From a virus (lineage: Duplodnaviria; Heunggongvirae; Uroviricota; Caudoviricetes), in IMG/VR virus record IMGVR_UViG_2778261460_000005, positions 1-37,721 of that record: a DNA stretch of 37,721 nt. One strand, given 5' to 3'. Below the pieces are notes generated by a model. It did no database searches and had not been told where the DNA came from. It worked only from the letters and a program-made list of their open reading frames with translations. Numbering within the stretch: the first letter of the stretch is position 1; every line of letters starts with the position of its first letter. Shown piece by piece: positions 18,942 through 29,698 of the stretch. A program made the translations under genes and the position numbers.

Positions 18942-20564
18942 ATGCCGTTACCATTCCCCTTCGATTTTAAAAATCCTGATTACCAGATGGTTTTTGAATG
19001 GCGGATGGAACGCTTACAGCGCATTCGCCAGAACCCTGAAATATTGCCAGCACTAAAACAGTTTTACCGAACCAACCCGGCTCAGTTCATCATCGACTGG
19101 GGCATGACAACGGACCCGCGTAATATTGATTATGGCCTGCCGGTGACCATTCCGTTTTTACTCTTCCCTAAGCAGGAGGAGTGGATCCACTGGATTATGG
19201 AACGCTGGGGCAATAGGGAGAATGGTATTACCGAAAAATCCCGTGAAATGGGGCTCAGTTGGACCGCGATCGGACTGGCCTGCTCGCTTTGTCTCTTCAA
19301 CAAAGAAATGGTTATCGGTTTCGGCTCCCGTAAAGAGGAATACGTCGACAGCACCGGTGACCCGAAAGCATTGTTCTGGAAGGCGCGCAAGTTCGTGGAA
19401 ACACTACCTGTAGAGTTTCGCGGTTCGTGGAGCGAGAAGAAGCACGCGCCATATATGCGTGTTGAGTTTCCTGAAACTGGTGCCGTTATCAAAGGCGAGG
19501 CTGGCGATAATATTGGTCGTGGTGACCGTACCACGCTTTATCTGGTTGATGAGGCTGCATTCCTTCAGCGTCCTCTGCTGATTGATGCGGCGTTGTCACA
19601 AACGACGCGTTGCCGTATCGACCTGAGTTCAGTTAACGGCATGGCTAACCCGTTCGCTCAGAAGCGTCATGGTGGGAAGATACCGGTATTCACATTCCAC
19701 TGGCGGGATGATCCTCGCAAGGATGAAGAGTGGTATCGCAGGGAATGCGAGAAAATCGATAATCCGGTGGTGGTGGCACAGGAACTTGATCTGAACTACA
19801 GCGCATCAGCGGAAGGCGTCCTGATTCCATCCGAATGGGTACAGGCTGCCGTTGATGCGCATATCAGACTGGGTATCCAGCCAACAGGCAAACGACTTGG
19901 CGCGATGGATGTCGCTGATGAAGGCAGGGACAAAAATGCCTTTTCCACCCGTCATGGCTTCCTCCTGGAAAATGTGCGGGAATGGTCCGGTGTGGGCAGC
20001 GACATTTATCAGTCCGTCGAGAAGGTTTTCGGCTTTTGCGAACAGGACAACCTCGAAGAGTTTCGCTTTGACGAGGACGGGCTGGGCGCTGGCGTTCGCG
20101 GCGATGCACGCGCTATCAACGAACTGCGTAACGCTGCGCGTCGACCGTCAATACTTGCCACACCGTTTCGAGGTAGTGGCGCGGTATTTGATCCGGATGA
20201 TGAAGCTGTTCGCGGGGACAACGGGCAAGCCGCACGTCTGAACAAGGACTTCTTCGCTAACGCCAAAGCCCAGAGCTGGTGGCGGTTACGTAAACTTTTT
20301 CAGAATACCTGGCGCGCCGTGGTTGAAGGTATGGCTTACAACCCGGACGAAATCATCTCAATCAGCAGTAGCATGGCACTCAAAGATAAACTCATCATCG
20401 AGCTTTCGCAGCCGACCTATTCCATTAATGGTGTGGGAAAAATAGTTATTGATAAACAGCCTGATGGAACCCGATCGCCAAACCTTGCCGACTCGGTGAT
20501 GATCAACTATGCCCCAATGAATTCAGCCCTGAACATCTGGGAGCTGCTAGGGAGACAGGCCTGA
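18942..20564 (+). CDS. Terminase large subunit (540 aa)
   Basis: Size, position after terS and overlapping stop/start with the portal gene. Confidence 0.8.
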   Translation: MPLPFPFDFKNPDYQMVFEWRMERLQRIRQNPEILPALKQFYRTNPAQFIIDWGMTTDPRNIDYGLPVTIPFLLFPKQEEWIHWIMERWGNRENGITEKSREMGLSWTAIGLACSLCLFNKEMVIGFGSRKEEYVDSTGDPKALFWKARKFVETLPVEFRGSWSEKKHAPYMRVEFPETGAVIKGEAGDNIGRGDRTTLYLVDEAAFLQRPLLIDAALSQTTRCRIDLSSVNGMANPFAQKRHGGKIPVFTFHWRDDPRKDEEWYRRECEKIDNPVVVAQELDLNYSASAEGVLIPSEWVQAAVDAHIRLGIQPTGKRLGAMDVADEGRDKNAFSTRHGFLLENVREWSGVGSDIYQSVEKVFGFCEQDNLEEFRFDEDGLGAGVRGDARAINELRNAARRPSILATPFRGSGAVFDPDDEAVRGDNGQAARLNKDFFANAKAQSWWRLRKLFQNTWRAVVEGMAYNPDEIISISSSMALKDKLIIELSQPTYSINGVGKIVIDKQPDGTRSPNLADSVMINYAPMNSALNIWELLGRQA

Positions 20565-22030
20565 TGGCACGAAACAAACAAGCCCTGCGGCGAACTGCGC
20601 AGGCCACAGCTGATGGTTATGAGAATTTTATTGCCCGCGTAGGGATGCAGACAACTAACCAGCACTCAGCATCCACCTACCGGGCTAATTTCACCAGTCG
20701 TAACCGCATGCTGGTGGAATGGTCCTATCGTTCGTCCTGGATCATCGGCGAAGCGGTCGATGCTATCCCGGATGATATGACCCGCAAAGGCATTCGCATC
20801 ACTTCGGAAATTGATGCAAAAGATCGCGGCATTCTCGAATCACAACTGGATGAGTTGCAAATCTGGGATGCGCTGAATGACGTGCTGAAATGGTCGCGCC
20901 TCTACGGCGGCGCGGTGGGTTTCATCATGATTGAGGGGCAGGCACCAATGACCCCGCTGCGACCCGAAACCATCGGTAAGGGCAAGTTTAAGGGGATTCT
21001 CCCGCTCGACCGCTGGATGATTGACCCGGTACTGACCCGCCGCATTAAAGATATGGGGCCGGACCTGGGTAAACCTGAGTTTTACGATGTGGTGACCACA
21101 GCAACGGGAATTCCTGCCTGGCGCATTCATCACAGTCGACTGATTCGCTTTGATGGCGTCACGCTGCCATTTCAGCAGAAGATGACCGAGAACGAATGGG
21201 GAATGTCGGTTGTAGAGCGTATCTGGGATCGTCTTACCGCGTTCGACAGCGCTACTGTCGGCGCGGCGCAGCTGGTCTACAAAGCGCATTTGCGTACCTA
21301 CAGCGTGGAGAAGCTACGCGAGCTTATCGCACTTGGTGGTCCTGCGTATGAAGCGTTGCTGAAGAATATTGACCTGATTCGACAGTTCCAGAGCAATGAA
21401 GGCATGACTCTCATGGACTCGCGGGATAAGTTTGAAACCCATCAGTACAGCTTCAGTGGTCTGGATGACATCCTTTCACAGTTTGCAGAACAGATTAGTG
21501 GCGCTGTTGGTATCCCACTGGTGCGGTTGTTCGGACAGTCCCCGAAGGGATTTTCTACCGGCGATGCAGACCTTGCCAACTATTACGACCGGGTAAGCTC
21601 GTTGCAGGAGAGGCGTTTACGTCTTCCGGTGCGGCGGATACTGGACATCATGCATCGTTCGGAGCTTGGCAAGCCGCTGCCGGACGATTTCACGTTTGAG
21701 TTTAACCCGCTCTGGCAAATGTCTGATGTCGATCGCTCAACGGTGGCGTTAAACACTACCAACGCAATCAGTACAGCGCTGGGTGATGGTCTGATGACAC
21801 TGAAAGCCGCTATGACTGATTTGCGAGAAAATTCTGACGTAACCGGCATCGGGGCATCCATTACCGACGAGGACATCGAGAATGCCGAAGATGAAGCGCC
21901 GCCCGGCATCGGCGAACCTGATGACGAACCGCAGGAACCGTCAGGCGGAAATCCGGTATCGAACCAGCCTACGCAGGATAGCGCGGGCGGTAGGGGACAT
22001 CGTAAATGGTCACTACGATGGTTCAAATGA
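20564..22030 (+). CDS. Portal protein (488 aa)
   Basis: Position after terminase, size, acidic C-terminal region. Confidence 0.8.
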   Translation: MARNKQALRRTAQATADGYENFIARVGMQTTNQHSASTYRANFTSRNRMLVEWSYRSSWIIGEAVDAIPDDMTRKGIRITSEIDAKDRGILESQLDELQIWDALNDVLKWSRLYGGAVGFIMIEGQAPMTPLRPETIGKGKFKGILPLDRWMIDPVLTRRIKDMGPDLGKPEFYDVVTTATGIPAWRIHHSRLIRFDGVTLPFQQKMTENEWGMSVVERIWDRLTAFDSATVGAAQLVYKAHLRTYSVEKLRELIALGGPAYEALLKNIDLIRQFQSNEGMTLMDSRDKFETHQYSFSGLDDILSQFAEQISGAVGIPLVRLFGQSPKGFSTGDADLANYYDRVSSLQERRLRLPVRRILDIMHRSELGKPLPDDFTFEFNPLWQMSDVDRSTVALNTTNAISTALGDGLMTLKAAMTDLRENSDVTGIGASITDEDIENAEDEAPPGIGEPDDEPQEPSGGNPVSNQPTQDSAGGRGHRKWSLRWFK

Positions 22031-22655
22031 CAGTATCACGGAAATTATTGAGGCGCTGGAACGCTACAGTGAAATCATCACCCCCTGGGCGACAAAGGTC
22101 GCGGAAAACTTTACCGCCGATATTGTGCGCAAGAATGATGAGCAGTGGCGTAAACACAGCAAAACCATCAGCCGTGAGCTACGCAATCTGGTAAACAGTG
22201 CCCCGCCAGGGCAGGTGATGAAATCCATCGTTGCTGAACAGGTTAAGTACATTAAATCGCTACCCCTCGAGGCGGCTGACAGGGTGTACGACATCCAGAA
22301 TCGGGCGATTGAAGCTGTTGTGACCGGTGGGAGAGCGGAACATTTTGCTAAAGAAATAGCCGCATCGGGTGATATAGCAAAGTCCAGAGCTGACCTGATT
22401 GCCCGTACTGAACTTGGACGTGCAACCGGCGCGCTGGATCAGGCGCGTGCGCTGGCAATTGGTTCGAATGGTTATATCTGGCGTACAGCCGAAGATGGTG
22501 ACGTCAGGCATTCTCATCGGGAAATGGAAGGTAAATTTGTCGAATGGGGCAAACCTCCAACGCTTGATGGCATGACCGGTCACGCTGGCGAGCTCCCGAA
22601 TTGTCGCTGTTATAAAGAAATCGTTTTTCCCACCTCCCATTCTTATCCCGCCTGA
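21882..22655 (+). CDS. Head morphogenesis protein (Mu F / SPP1 gp7 family)
   Basis: C-terminal signature GSNGYIWRTAEDGDVRHSHREMEGK; RBS GAGGA upstream of ATG 21882; overlaps portal 3' end by about 149 nt. Confidence 0.7.
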   Translation: MPKMKRRPASANLMTNRRNRQAEIRYRTSLRRIARAVGDIVNGHYDGSNDSITEIIEALERYSEIITPWATKVAENFTADIVRKNDEQWRKHSKTISRELRNLVNSAPPGQVMKSIVAEQVKYIKSLPLEAADRVYDIQNRAIEAVVTGGRAEHFAKEIAASGDIAKSRADLIARTELGRATGALDQARALAIGSNGYIWRTAEDGDVRHSHREMEGKFVEWGKPPTLDGMTGHAGELPNCRCYKEIVFPTSHSYPA

Positions 22656-22669
22656 ATCGCAGGTAACAC

Positions 22670-23890
22670 ATGAAATATTTTTTCAATACCCGGCTGGGGG
22701 AAACCCGCTATCAGCTGGCTGACGGCTCGTTGCTGTGCAAAGACGTGCCGATAGGACGAACAGGTAAGCAGCTCTATGGTGCTGATGACCTGCCAAAACT
22801 GAAACCCGATAAGTTCGGTGAAATAGTCGTCACGCGTTCTCCTGAGCAGGTATTCCATCCCGCCACGCTTGCCTCATTCGAAGGAATGAGTATCACGGTG
22901 TTGCATCCCGAGGATGAAAACGGGGATGTGCGGCTGGTGAATCCAGAGAACTGGAAAGAGCTCGCGGTCGGGCATCTTCAGAATGTCCGGCGCGGGACGG
23001 GTGTGCAGTCTGATTTGATGCTGGCTGACCTTATCGTCAAAGACGAAAACGCCATTCAGCTGATCGAAGATGGCCTGCGCGAAGTGTCGTGTGGCTATGA
23101 CGCGGAATATAAGCAGACTGAGCCGGGTAAGGCTGAGCAGGTTGATATTACCGGAAACCATGTGGCTCTTGTCCCTAAAGGCAGAGCCGGAAATCGTTGT
23201 GCAATTGGAGACAGAGACACAATGGCAAATCAAAAGAAAAGCTGGTGGACCCGCATGCGCACGGCCATCAAAACGGGTGACGCTGACACCATGAACGAAC
23301 TGGTGGAGTCGGCTCCCGCATCGGTTACAGGAGATGAGGGGGATTTGCCGCAGGGCGTTAATCTCAACATCAACCTGTCCCCGCAGCAACCGCTACCGGA
23401 CAAAGCACCAGAGATGGGCGGAGGTCCAACGGGCGACAGTGATGATGACCTCAAAACATTACTGAAAGCCCTGCTGGCTAAGCTGGAAGGAAATGCGACG
23501 GGCGATAACGACAATAAGCCTGACGATAATCCGACCGGTGACGGCGAGGACGATGAAGAGGAAACCACGATTACTGGTGACTCAGCCTGGCGTGCCGAAG
23601 TTATCGTTCCGGGTATTGATCTGAGCCGTAAGATGAAACCGACCGCGTTCAAACGTGAGGTTCTGGCTTCTGCTGACAAAACGCTGGTTCGCCAGATAGT
23701 CGGTGATGCGGATATCCGCAAATTGCCGAAACAATCAGTCGACATGGCGTTTAATGCCGTGTCTGAGATTGCCAAAGGGCGAAACACCCGCGCCACCACC
23801 GGCGATGCACAGCGCCCAAATATGGGCATGACCAGTATCGCTTCCCTGAACAAACAAAACGCTGAATTCTGGGCAAACCGTAAAGGGTAA
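22670..23890 (+). CDS. Putative scaffolding / prohead protease-like protein (DUF2213-like), 406 aa
   Basis: Position between head morphogenesis and capsid genes; acidic low-complexity linker GDNDNKPDDNPTGDGEDDEEE. Confidence 0.55.
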   Translation: MKYFFNTRLGETRYQLADGSLLCKDVPIGRTGKQLYGADDLPKLKPDKFGEIVVTRSPEQVFHPATLASFEGMSITVLHPEDENGDVRLVNPENWKELAVGHLQNVRRGTGVQSDLMLADLIVKDENAIQLIEDGLREVSCGYDAEYKQTEPGKAEQVDITGNHVALVPKGRAGNRCAIGDRDTMANQKKSWWTRMRTAIKTGDADTMNELVESAPASVTGDEGDLPQGVNLNINLSPQQPLPDKAPEMGGGPTGDSDDDLKTLLKALLAKLEGNATGDNDNKPDDNPTGDGEDDEEETTITGDSAWRAEVIVPGIDLSRKMKPTAFKREVLASADKTLVRQIVGDADIRKLPKQSVDMAFNAVSEIAKGRNTRATTGDAQRPNMGMTSIASLNKQNAEFWANRKG

Positions 23891-23893
23891 AAA

Positions 23894-24400
23894 ATGAATA
23901 ATGTATTTCTGTACCGGATGCCTGTTGGCATTGCCGGGGCTGTCTCTCGCCCGCAGGACTTAACCGTCGAACCGGTGGTCCTTAAATCCGATAACGCCTT
24001 TGCTGCCTATGGGCTGGCTGGTAAATACGATGATGACGGTTTTTTCGTGCCGCTGGCAGATGGTGATACCGCAGACAAGGTGAAGGGGATCTATGTGCGC
24101 CCTTATCCGACCACTTCGCAGCCGGACATGGTTCGCCAGGTGGGGAGTGGCAAGAACTTCCCGGGCGACGCAATGAAGCGTGGCTACGTGACCGTTAATC
24201 TCGGTTCTGATTTTGATGCCAGCACCATCAAAAAAGGCGACCCGGTATACGTTGTCGTCTCCACTGATGAATCCATCAAAGTGCCGCTGGGTGGATTCAT
24301 GGCCACGTCAGTCAGTGGCAAAAACGTGGTGCTGACCAACGCTGAATTCACAGGTGCCGGTGATGCTGACGGCAATGCAGAAATTTCCTGGAAGATTTAA
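23894..24400 (+). CDS. Head structural protein (possible decoration protein), 168 aa
   Basis: Position immediately upstream of major capsid gene. Confidence 0.45.
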   Translation: MNNVFLYRMPVGIAGAVSRPQDLTVEPVVLKSDNAFAAYGLAGKYDDDGFFVPLADGDTADKVKGIYVRPYPTTSQPDMVRQVGSGKNFPGDAMKRGYVTVNLGSDFDASTIKKGDPVYVVVSTDESIKVPLGGFMATSVSGKNVVLTNAEFTGAGDADGNAEISWKI

Positions 24401-24411
24401 GGAACAGACGA

Positions 24412-25353
24412 ATGATTACTTTTGATCAGGCAACCGTTGACAGCTCTGGTGCCTTTCTCATCGGGGAGCTGGAGCGACTCGACCAGACGCTGAACCTGCC
24501 ACTGGTGGGGTACACCTGGACCCGCGATATCCAACTGCGTGAAGATGTCTCCATCGCAGATGACATTTCCAGCTGGACGAATACCAGCTTCGCTGCTGCG
24601 GGTACTGGTGCAAATCCGAATGGCAAAAACTGGGTAGGCAAAGACTCAACCGCTATTGCTGGCGTAAACGTGGATATCGGCAAATCCGGTAACCCGCTGA
24701 ACCTGTGGGGGATGGAACTTGGCTGGACGGTCATAGAATTGCAGGCTGCTCAGCAGGTCGGACGCCCGATCGATACGCAGAAGTATGACGGGATGCAACT
24801 GAAATGGCAGATGGATAACGATGAACAGGTGTATGTTGGCGATTCCGCATTAAACCTGAAAGGTCTTGTTACCCTGGACGGTGTGCCTGTCAACAACGCT
24901 GCCAAAACGTGGGCAACCTCAACACCGGACGAAATCCGCGCAAGCATTAACCAGGTGCTGTCTGATGCGTGGGCCGCTTCCGGTTACTCTGTGGTTCCGC
25001 GTGATTTGCTGATCCCGCCTGAGCAGTTTGCTCTGTTGTCCAGCATCATCGTTTCATCTGCGGGTAACCAGTCCCTGTTGACGTACCTTCAGACCAACAC
25101 CATCAGCTATCACCAGAACGGTATTCCGCTGAATATCCGCGCGGTTAAATGGCTGAAAGGCCGTGGTGTGGGGAATAAGGATCGCATGGTTGCGTACACC
25201 AACGATAAAAAATACGTCCGCTACCCGCTGGTTCCGCTTCAGAGCGTGCCGGTGCAGTATCGCGGTCTGTATCAGATCGTCACTTACTACGGCAAGCTGG
25301 GTGCAGTCGAGCCAGTGTACAAAGAAACCATTTCGTACGTTGATGGCATTTAA
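24412..25353 (+). CDS. Major capsid protein (DUF2184-like), 313 aa
   Basis: Size and position in head module; family assignment from memory. Confidence 0.7.
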   Translation: MITFDQATVDSSGAFLIGELERLDQTLNLPLVGYTWTRDIQLREDVSIADDISSWTNTSFAAAGTGANPNGKNWVGKDSTAIAGVNVDIGKSGNPLNLWGMELGWTVIELQAAQQVGRPIDTQKYDGMQLKWQMDNDEQVYVGDSALNLKGLVTLDGVPVNNAAKTWATSTPDEIRASINQVLSDAWAASGYSVVPRDLLIPPEQFALLSSIIVSSAGNQSLLTYLQTNTISYHQNGIPLNIRAVKWLKGRGVGNKDRMVAYTNDKKYVRYPLVPLQSVPVQYRGLYQIVTYYGKLGAVEPVYKETISYVDGI

Positions 25354-25394
25354 CAGCCACATGGCCCCCTGGCGGGGCCATTAAGGATGACCCG

Positions 25395-25616
25395 ATGGCA
25401 AAAAATAATGCAGTAATACACGTACATACCCCGTTTGTGCTCACGCTTCCCGACGGTTCACGGCGCGAGTTTGTTAAAGGCCGTCATGCTGTGGAGGAAG
25501 ACGTTGCCACGCACTGGTTCACTCGTGCGCACGCGGAAGTATCCGTTGGCAAAGCCACAGACGCGCGTAACGAGGTAAAAAATGCCAAAGAATCAAAGTC
25601 TGCCAGCGGTAAGTGA
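25395..25616 (+). CDS. Hypothetical head-module protein (73 aa)
   Basis: ORF with RBS in late operon. Confidence 0.45.
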   Translation: MAKNNAVIHVHTPFVLTLPDGSRREFVKGRHAVEEDVATHWFTRAHAEVSVGKATDARNEVKNAKESKSASGK

Positions 25617-25989
25617 TTTTCGCCGCGACTTCCCGCAGTTTGCTGACCCTGCCAAATATCCCGAAGCGCAAATCCAGTTTCGTCTGAATCTGGCCGATGA
25701 ACTGCTGAGCGAAAACGTCACCGGCAAAAAGTTGTTTCCGTACTTTGCCGGGTTGTTCGTTGCGCACTACATGACGCTCTGGGCGGCAGACAGCCGGGCG
25801 ATGCTGGCTGGTGGTTCGGGCGGTTCAACCAATGGTGTTCAGTCCTCAAAGTCCGTGGATAAGGTAAGCGTCAGTTATGACACCAGCGCGACGCTGAATC
25901 CTGATGCAGGTTTCTGGAATAACACCCGATATGGCGCTGAATTTTATCAGTTGATCACGATGTTCGGTGCAGGCGGTCGCCAGCTATGA
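25582..25989 (+). CDS. Putative head-tail connector protein (135 aa)
   Basis: Position between capsid and tail sheath genes. Confidence 0.5.
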   Translation: MPKNQSLPAVSDFRRDFPQFADPAKYPEAQIQFRLNLADELLSENVTGKKLFPYFAGLFVAHYMTLWAADSRAMLAGGSGGSTNGVQSSKSVDKVSVSYDTSATLNPDAGFWNNTRYGAEFYQLITMFGAGGRQL

Positions 25990-26540
25990 GTTTCAAAAGC
26001 GGTGTAACAACGAGGGTGGATAACGCTAAGGCCATTCTGGATGCGCTCAGGTCGTTAACCAAAAAAGATGTGCTGGTCGGCATCCCTTCGGAAGACAGCG
26101 AGCGGGATGATGTTCCGTTTGGTAATGCGGGCATCGGTTACCTCAACGAATACGGCTCACCAGAGCAGAACATCCCGCCACGACCTCACCTGGCCCCCGG
26201 CGTTAAATCGGCAGAAGAGCAGACGGTGCCGCAGCTCAAAGCCGCGGCGCAGGCTGCACTGGATGGTAATGCTGCGGGAGCAGAAGGCGCACTCAACCGT
26301 GCCGGAACGCTGGCCGTTAATGGTGTCAGGCGTTACATGACCATTACCGGCTTTACGCCGCTTGCTGACAGTACTGTTGAAGCCCGGGCTCGTCGGGGGC
26401 GCAAGGGGGCAACACTGGAACTTGCCCGGCGTGCTGCTGGCGAATCTCCCGGAACCGATCTGGCGAAACCATTAATTGACACCGGGCAATATCGCAGAGC
26501 TATTACCCATGTAGTGAGGGATAAAGATGCCGACTCTTGA
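25986..26540 (+). CDS. Putative head-tail joining protein (184 aa)
   Basis: ATGA overlap with upstream gene; late operon. Confidence 0.5.
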   Translation: MSFKSGVTTRVDNAKAILDALRSLTKKDVLVGIPSEDSERDDVPFGNAGIGYLNEYGSPEQNIPPRPHLAPGVKSAEEQTVPQLKAAAQAALDGNAAGAEGALNRAGTLAVNGVRRYMTITGFTPLADSTVEARARRGRKGATLELARRAAGESPGTDLAKPLIDTGQYRRAITHVVRDKDADS

Positions 26541-26916
26541 TGTAACAGATGTGCTTTTTGACCCCGATTTTTGCGACTTCAATTTGTGGGTAACACGCCG
26601 AGTGCAAACGGTGGATGAGGACGGGATCGGCAGCGACAGCGAAGTTAAAAAGCAGTTTGCCGGAGTCGTAACTGTTGATCGCTCTCTGGAAAACCGCCGT
26701 ATGCAGGCAGGGCAGGTAATCAGCGGTGCAATTCTGATTGTGACGACTGAGCGACTGACGCAGGGACAGACTGGCCGTGATGCCGATATCGTGACGTATC
26801 AGGGCCGTGATTATCGTGTGACCTTCGTCGACCCGTATACAGCTTATGGTGCCGGATTCGTTCAGGCGCATTGTGAGTTGCTGCCGTTTGATGGGGGAAT
26901 TCCGGTTGAGCAATAA
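26527..26916 (+). CDS. Putative head completion / neck protein (129 aa)
   Basis: Overlapping start with upstream gene; late operon. Confidence 0.5.
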   Translation: MPTLDVTDVLFDPDFCDFNLWVTRRVQTVDEDGIGSDSEVKKQFAGVVTVDRSLENRRMQAGQVISGAILIVTTERLTQGQTGRDADIVTYQGRDYRVTFVDPYTAYGAGFVQAHCELLPFDGGIPVEQ

Positions 26917-27454
26917 CACCAGTACAGAGCGCGGATGGCTGATACCAACCAGTGGCGATCCGGATTATGACGAAGCGCTCGACAGGCTGTTAAGCCAGTG
27001 GATGCGTAACGTTTCCGGTCTGTCTGCCGGGATGGTTCGCCCGCGCTGGCAGAAAGAGCAGCCGCCACTGCTACCGGCTGAAACGAACTGGTGTGCGTTT
27101 GGGGTTATCGGATGGTCAGGTGATGACAGTCCGGCATTCACCAGACAGACCGATGATGGCTCTAAGCTCTGGCGGCATGAAACGATTGAGTGTATGGCTT
27201 CGTTTTATGGTCCGGCGGGGATGGTGTATGCGTCCCGGTTTCGTGACGGTATATCTGTACCGCAGAACAATGCAGCACTGAATGCGCTGGGGCTGTCTCT
27301 TGGCGATTACACAGGTCTGACCCCCTTCCCTGAACTTATTAATCAGCAATGGGTCCGCCGCTACGATATGACGGTGCGCCTGCGCCGGAAGGTTGTGCGC
27401 GAGTACGGTATTAAATCGCTGGTGGAAGCACCAGTCATCTTTTTCGGAGATTAA
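26891..27454 (+). CDS. Putative tail completion protein (about 187 aa)
   Basis: ATG at 26891 overlapping upstream stop; immediately upstream of the sheath gene. Confidence 0.45.
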   Translation: MGEFRLSNNTSTERGWLIPTSGDPDYDEALDRLLSQWMRNVSGLSAGMVRPRWQKEQPPLLPAETNWCAFGVIGWSGDDSPAFTRQTDDGSKLWRHETIECMASFYGPAGMVYASRFRDGISVPQNNAALNALGLSLGDYTGLTPFPELINQQWVRRYDMTVRLRRKVVREYGIKSLVEAPVIFFGD

Positions 27455-27457
27455 GCT

Positions 27458-28603
27458 ATGGCACAGGGCTTGCCTGTATCAAACGTTGTTAATGTTGATG
27501 TGATCATGTCGCCGCGTGCAGCATCAGGGCGAAATTTTGGTGCATTACTCATTCTCGGCCCGTCCACAATCATTCCGGTAAGTGAGCGCATTCGCCGTTA
27601 TTCTGCCGCGGAAGATATTGGAAAAGATTTTGGCGTGGAATCACCAGAATATAAGGCTGCGCAGGTGTTTTTCTCACAATCACCGAAACCTCAGGAGGTT
27701 TTTGTTGGTCGTTGGGTGAAAACGAAGGGTGACAGCGAACAGGCCACGCCTGAGACGCTGGAGCAGGCTGTGAATGCCATGCTCGATTATACTTCATGGT
27801 ATGGGCTGGGGATTGCAGACGATGAAGATATTCCGGATGCAGACTGGCTGAAAGTGGCTGCGGCGATCGAATCCTCTTCTGTAAGCCGTATTCTGGCGAT
27901 TACGACAAGCGATGATAAATGCCTGCAGACTGCATCCAGCGATGATTTGGCATCAAAACTGAAAACCGCCGGATATTCACGCAGTTTTATTCAGTATTCA
28001 TCGGGTAATAAATACGCTGCGTTATCTGCATTTGGCCGGGTATTCACGGTTAATTTCAATGGCAGTAATACCGCGATTACGCTCAAGTTTAAGCAGGAGC
28101 CGGGTGTCGGGTATGAAACACTGACAGTCAGCCAGGCATCGGCACTTGATGCAAAAAACTGCAATGTATTCGTGTACTACCAGAATGATACGGCTATCCT
28201 CCAGCAGGGAGTGATGGCTAACGGCGATTTCTTTGATGAACGCCACGGCCTGGACTGGTTACAGAATTATGTGCAGACCAACCTCTATAACCTGCTTTAT
28301 ACCAGCACCACGAAAGTTCCCCAGACTGAAGCCGGTATTACCCGACTGTTATCAAATGTTGAAAAATCACTGGATCAGGCCGTTCAGAATGGACTGATTG
28401 CTCCGGGCGTATGGAACGGGGGCGACCTTGGTCAGTTGTCATCAGGTGACACACTGCCCAAAGGTTATTACGTATACGCCCAGCCGCTGGATGAACAGGC
28501 ACAATCAGAACGTGAAGCCCGTAAGGCTCCGGTGATTCAGGCTGCAATAAAACTTGCAGGCGCGGTTCATTACGCTGACGTACAGATTAACGTTGTTCGC
28601 TAA
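27458..28603 (+). CDS. Contractile tail sheath protein (DUF3383-like), 381 aa
   Basis: Size and position preceding tube and chaperone genes; family assignment from memory. Confidence 0.75.
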   Translation: MAQGLPVSNVVNVDVIMSPRAASGRNFGALLILGPSTIIPVSERIRRYSAAEDIGKDFGVESPEYKAAQVFFSQSPKPQEVFVGRWVKTKGDSEQATPETLEQAVNAMLDYTSWYGLGIADDEDIPDADWLKVAAAIESSSVSRILAITTSDDKCLQTASSDDLASKLKTAGYSRSFIQYSSGNKYAALSAFGRVFTVNFNGSNTAITLKFKQEPGVGYETLTVSQASALDAKNCNVFVYYQNDTAILQQGVMANGDFFDERHGLDWLQNYVQTNLYNLLYTSTTKVPQTEAGITRLLSNVEKSLDQAVQNGLIAPGVWNGGDLGQLSSGDTLPKGYYVYAQPLDEQAQSEREARKAPVIQAAIKLAGAVHYADVQINVVR

Positions 28604-28613
28604 GGGGAAGTGA

Positions 28614-29054
28614 ATGTCTACCTATTCTTTTATGGATGTCACTGCGACGCTGACCGGCCCGACCGGTTCGATTGACCTCGGGTACGGTTCTGCAAGTTCT
28701 GAAGAGGGGATTGTGGTTGCGATGGGCGGTCCTAAAAACACCATGACCATCGGTGCTGATGGCGAAGTGATGCACAGTCTCCATGCAGATAAAAGCGGGA
28801 CGATTACCGTTAACCTTCTGAAGACATCACCGACAAATAAAAAATTGTCGCTGGCGTATAACGCACAGAGCCAGTCTTCGGCCACATGGGGGAATAACGT
28901 TATTGTGATCCGAAACAAGGTCAGCGGCGACATCATCACGGCACGTAGTGTTGCGTTCCAGAAACAACCGGATAATGCCAACGCTAAAACCGGTAATACG
29001 ATGCCGTGGGTGTTTGACTGCGGCAAGATTGACCAGGTTCTCGGGGAGTTTTAA
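28614..29054 (+). CDS. Tail tube protein (146 aa)
   Basis: Position between sheath and chaperone genes. Confidence 0.65.
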   Translation: MSTYSFMDVTATLTGPTGSIDLGYGSASSEEGIVVAMGGPKNTMTIGADGEVMHSLHADKSGTITVNLLKTSPTNKKLSLAYNAQSQSSATWGNNVIVIRNKVSGDIITARSVAFQKQPDNANAKTGNTMPWVFDCGKIDQVLGEF

Positions 29055-29057
29055 TAC

Positions 29058-29510
29058 ATGGAATTCGAAATCAAAGGCGTGAAATATCGCGCGGCAAAAC
29101 TCAGCGTTTTTGATCAGCTGAAAGTGATCCGCAAACTTCTGCCGGTGCTGGCAGGAATGATGTCAGATTTCGGGAGCATTCGCTCCCGTTTGCCTGCTGA
29201 TGGCAAAATCGACACCGTGAAATTCGAGCAGTTAAAACCGGTGTTTGAAACCATGCTCCCGCGTATCGCTGAGGAACTGTCTTCCCTGACCGAAGATGAC
29301 ACCAGTGCGATTATTCATCCCTGTCTTGCGGTGGTATCGCGGCGTCATATGGACGGATGGGTTCCGGTATTTACCCAGGGCGAACTGATGTTTGATGATA
29401 TTGACTTGCTGGTCATGCTGCATCTGGTGGCGCGGGTGGTCGCCGATTCGCTGGGAAATTTTTTGCCTACACCCCTTACCAGCACGACGCAGAGCCTGCA
29501 ACAGGGCTGA
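29058..29510 (+). CDS. Tail assembly chaperone (150 aa)
   Basis: Position directly upstream of tape measure gene; slippery heptamer near 3' end. Confidence 0.65.
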   Translation: MEFEIKGVKYRAAKLSVFDQLKVIRKLLPVLAGMMSDFGSIRSRLPADGKIDTVKFEQLKPVFETMLPRIAEELSSLTEDDTSAIIHPCLAVVSRRHMDGWVPVFTQGELMFDDIDLLVMLHLVARVVADSLGNFLPTPLTSTTQSLQQG

Positions 29511-29698
29511 CGTTTAACAGCCTGCCGGACGGGCTGTCTTACCTTCTCAATCCGGTTGACGCTGGGTTAATTCCTTATACAGCACTTAAAGATGGCTCTG
29601 TCGATTTGTACGACATTGCTCTCTTGAATGACCATCTGGCGGTAAAAGCGGATAACCAGCGGCGCATTGAGAAATGGAGAGAGGATAATGAACGCTGA
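29058..29698 (+). CDS. Predicted -1 frameshift fusion product of tail assembly chaperone
   Basis: Slippery A_AAT_TTT at 29456-29462; the -1 frame stays open for about 79 codons to TGA at 29696-29698. Confidence 0.45.

Noticed and set aside
19130-20266. Several ORFs antisense to or overlapping the terminase large subunit
   Set aside because: Arg/Pro/Ser-rich translations typical of GC-rich antisense frames inside a confident CDS.
23230-23931. 233-aa minus-strand ORF antisense to the scaffolding-like gene
   Set aside because: Ser/Pro-rich low-complexity translation mirroring the acidic repeat region of the sense gene; no start context.
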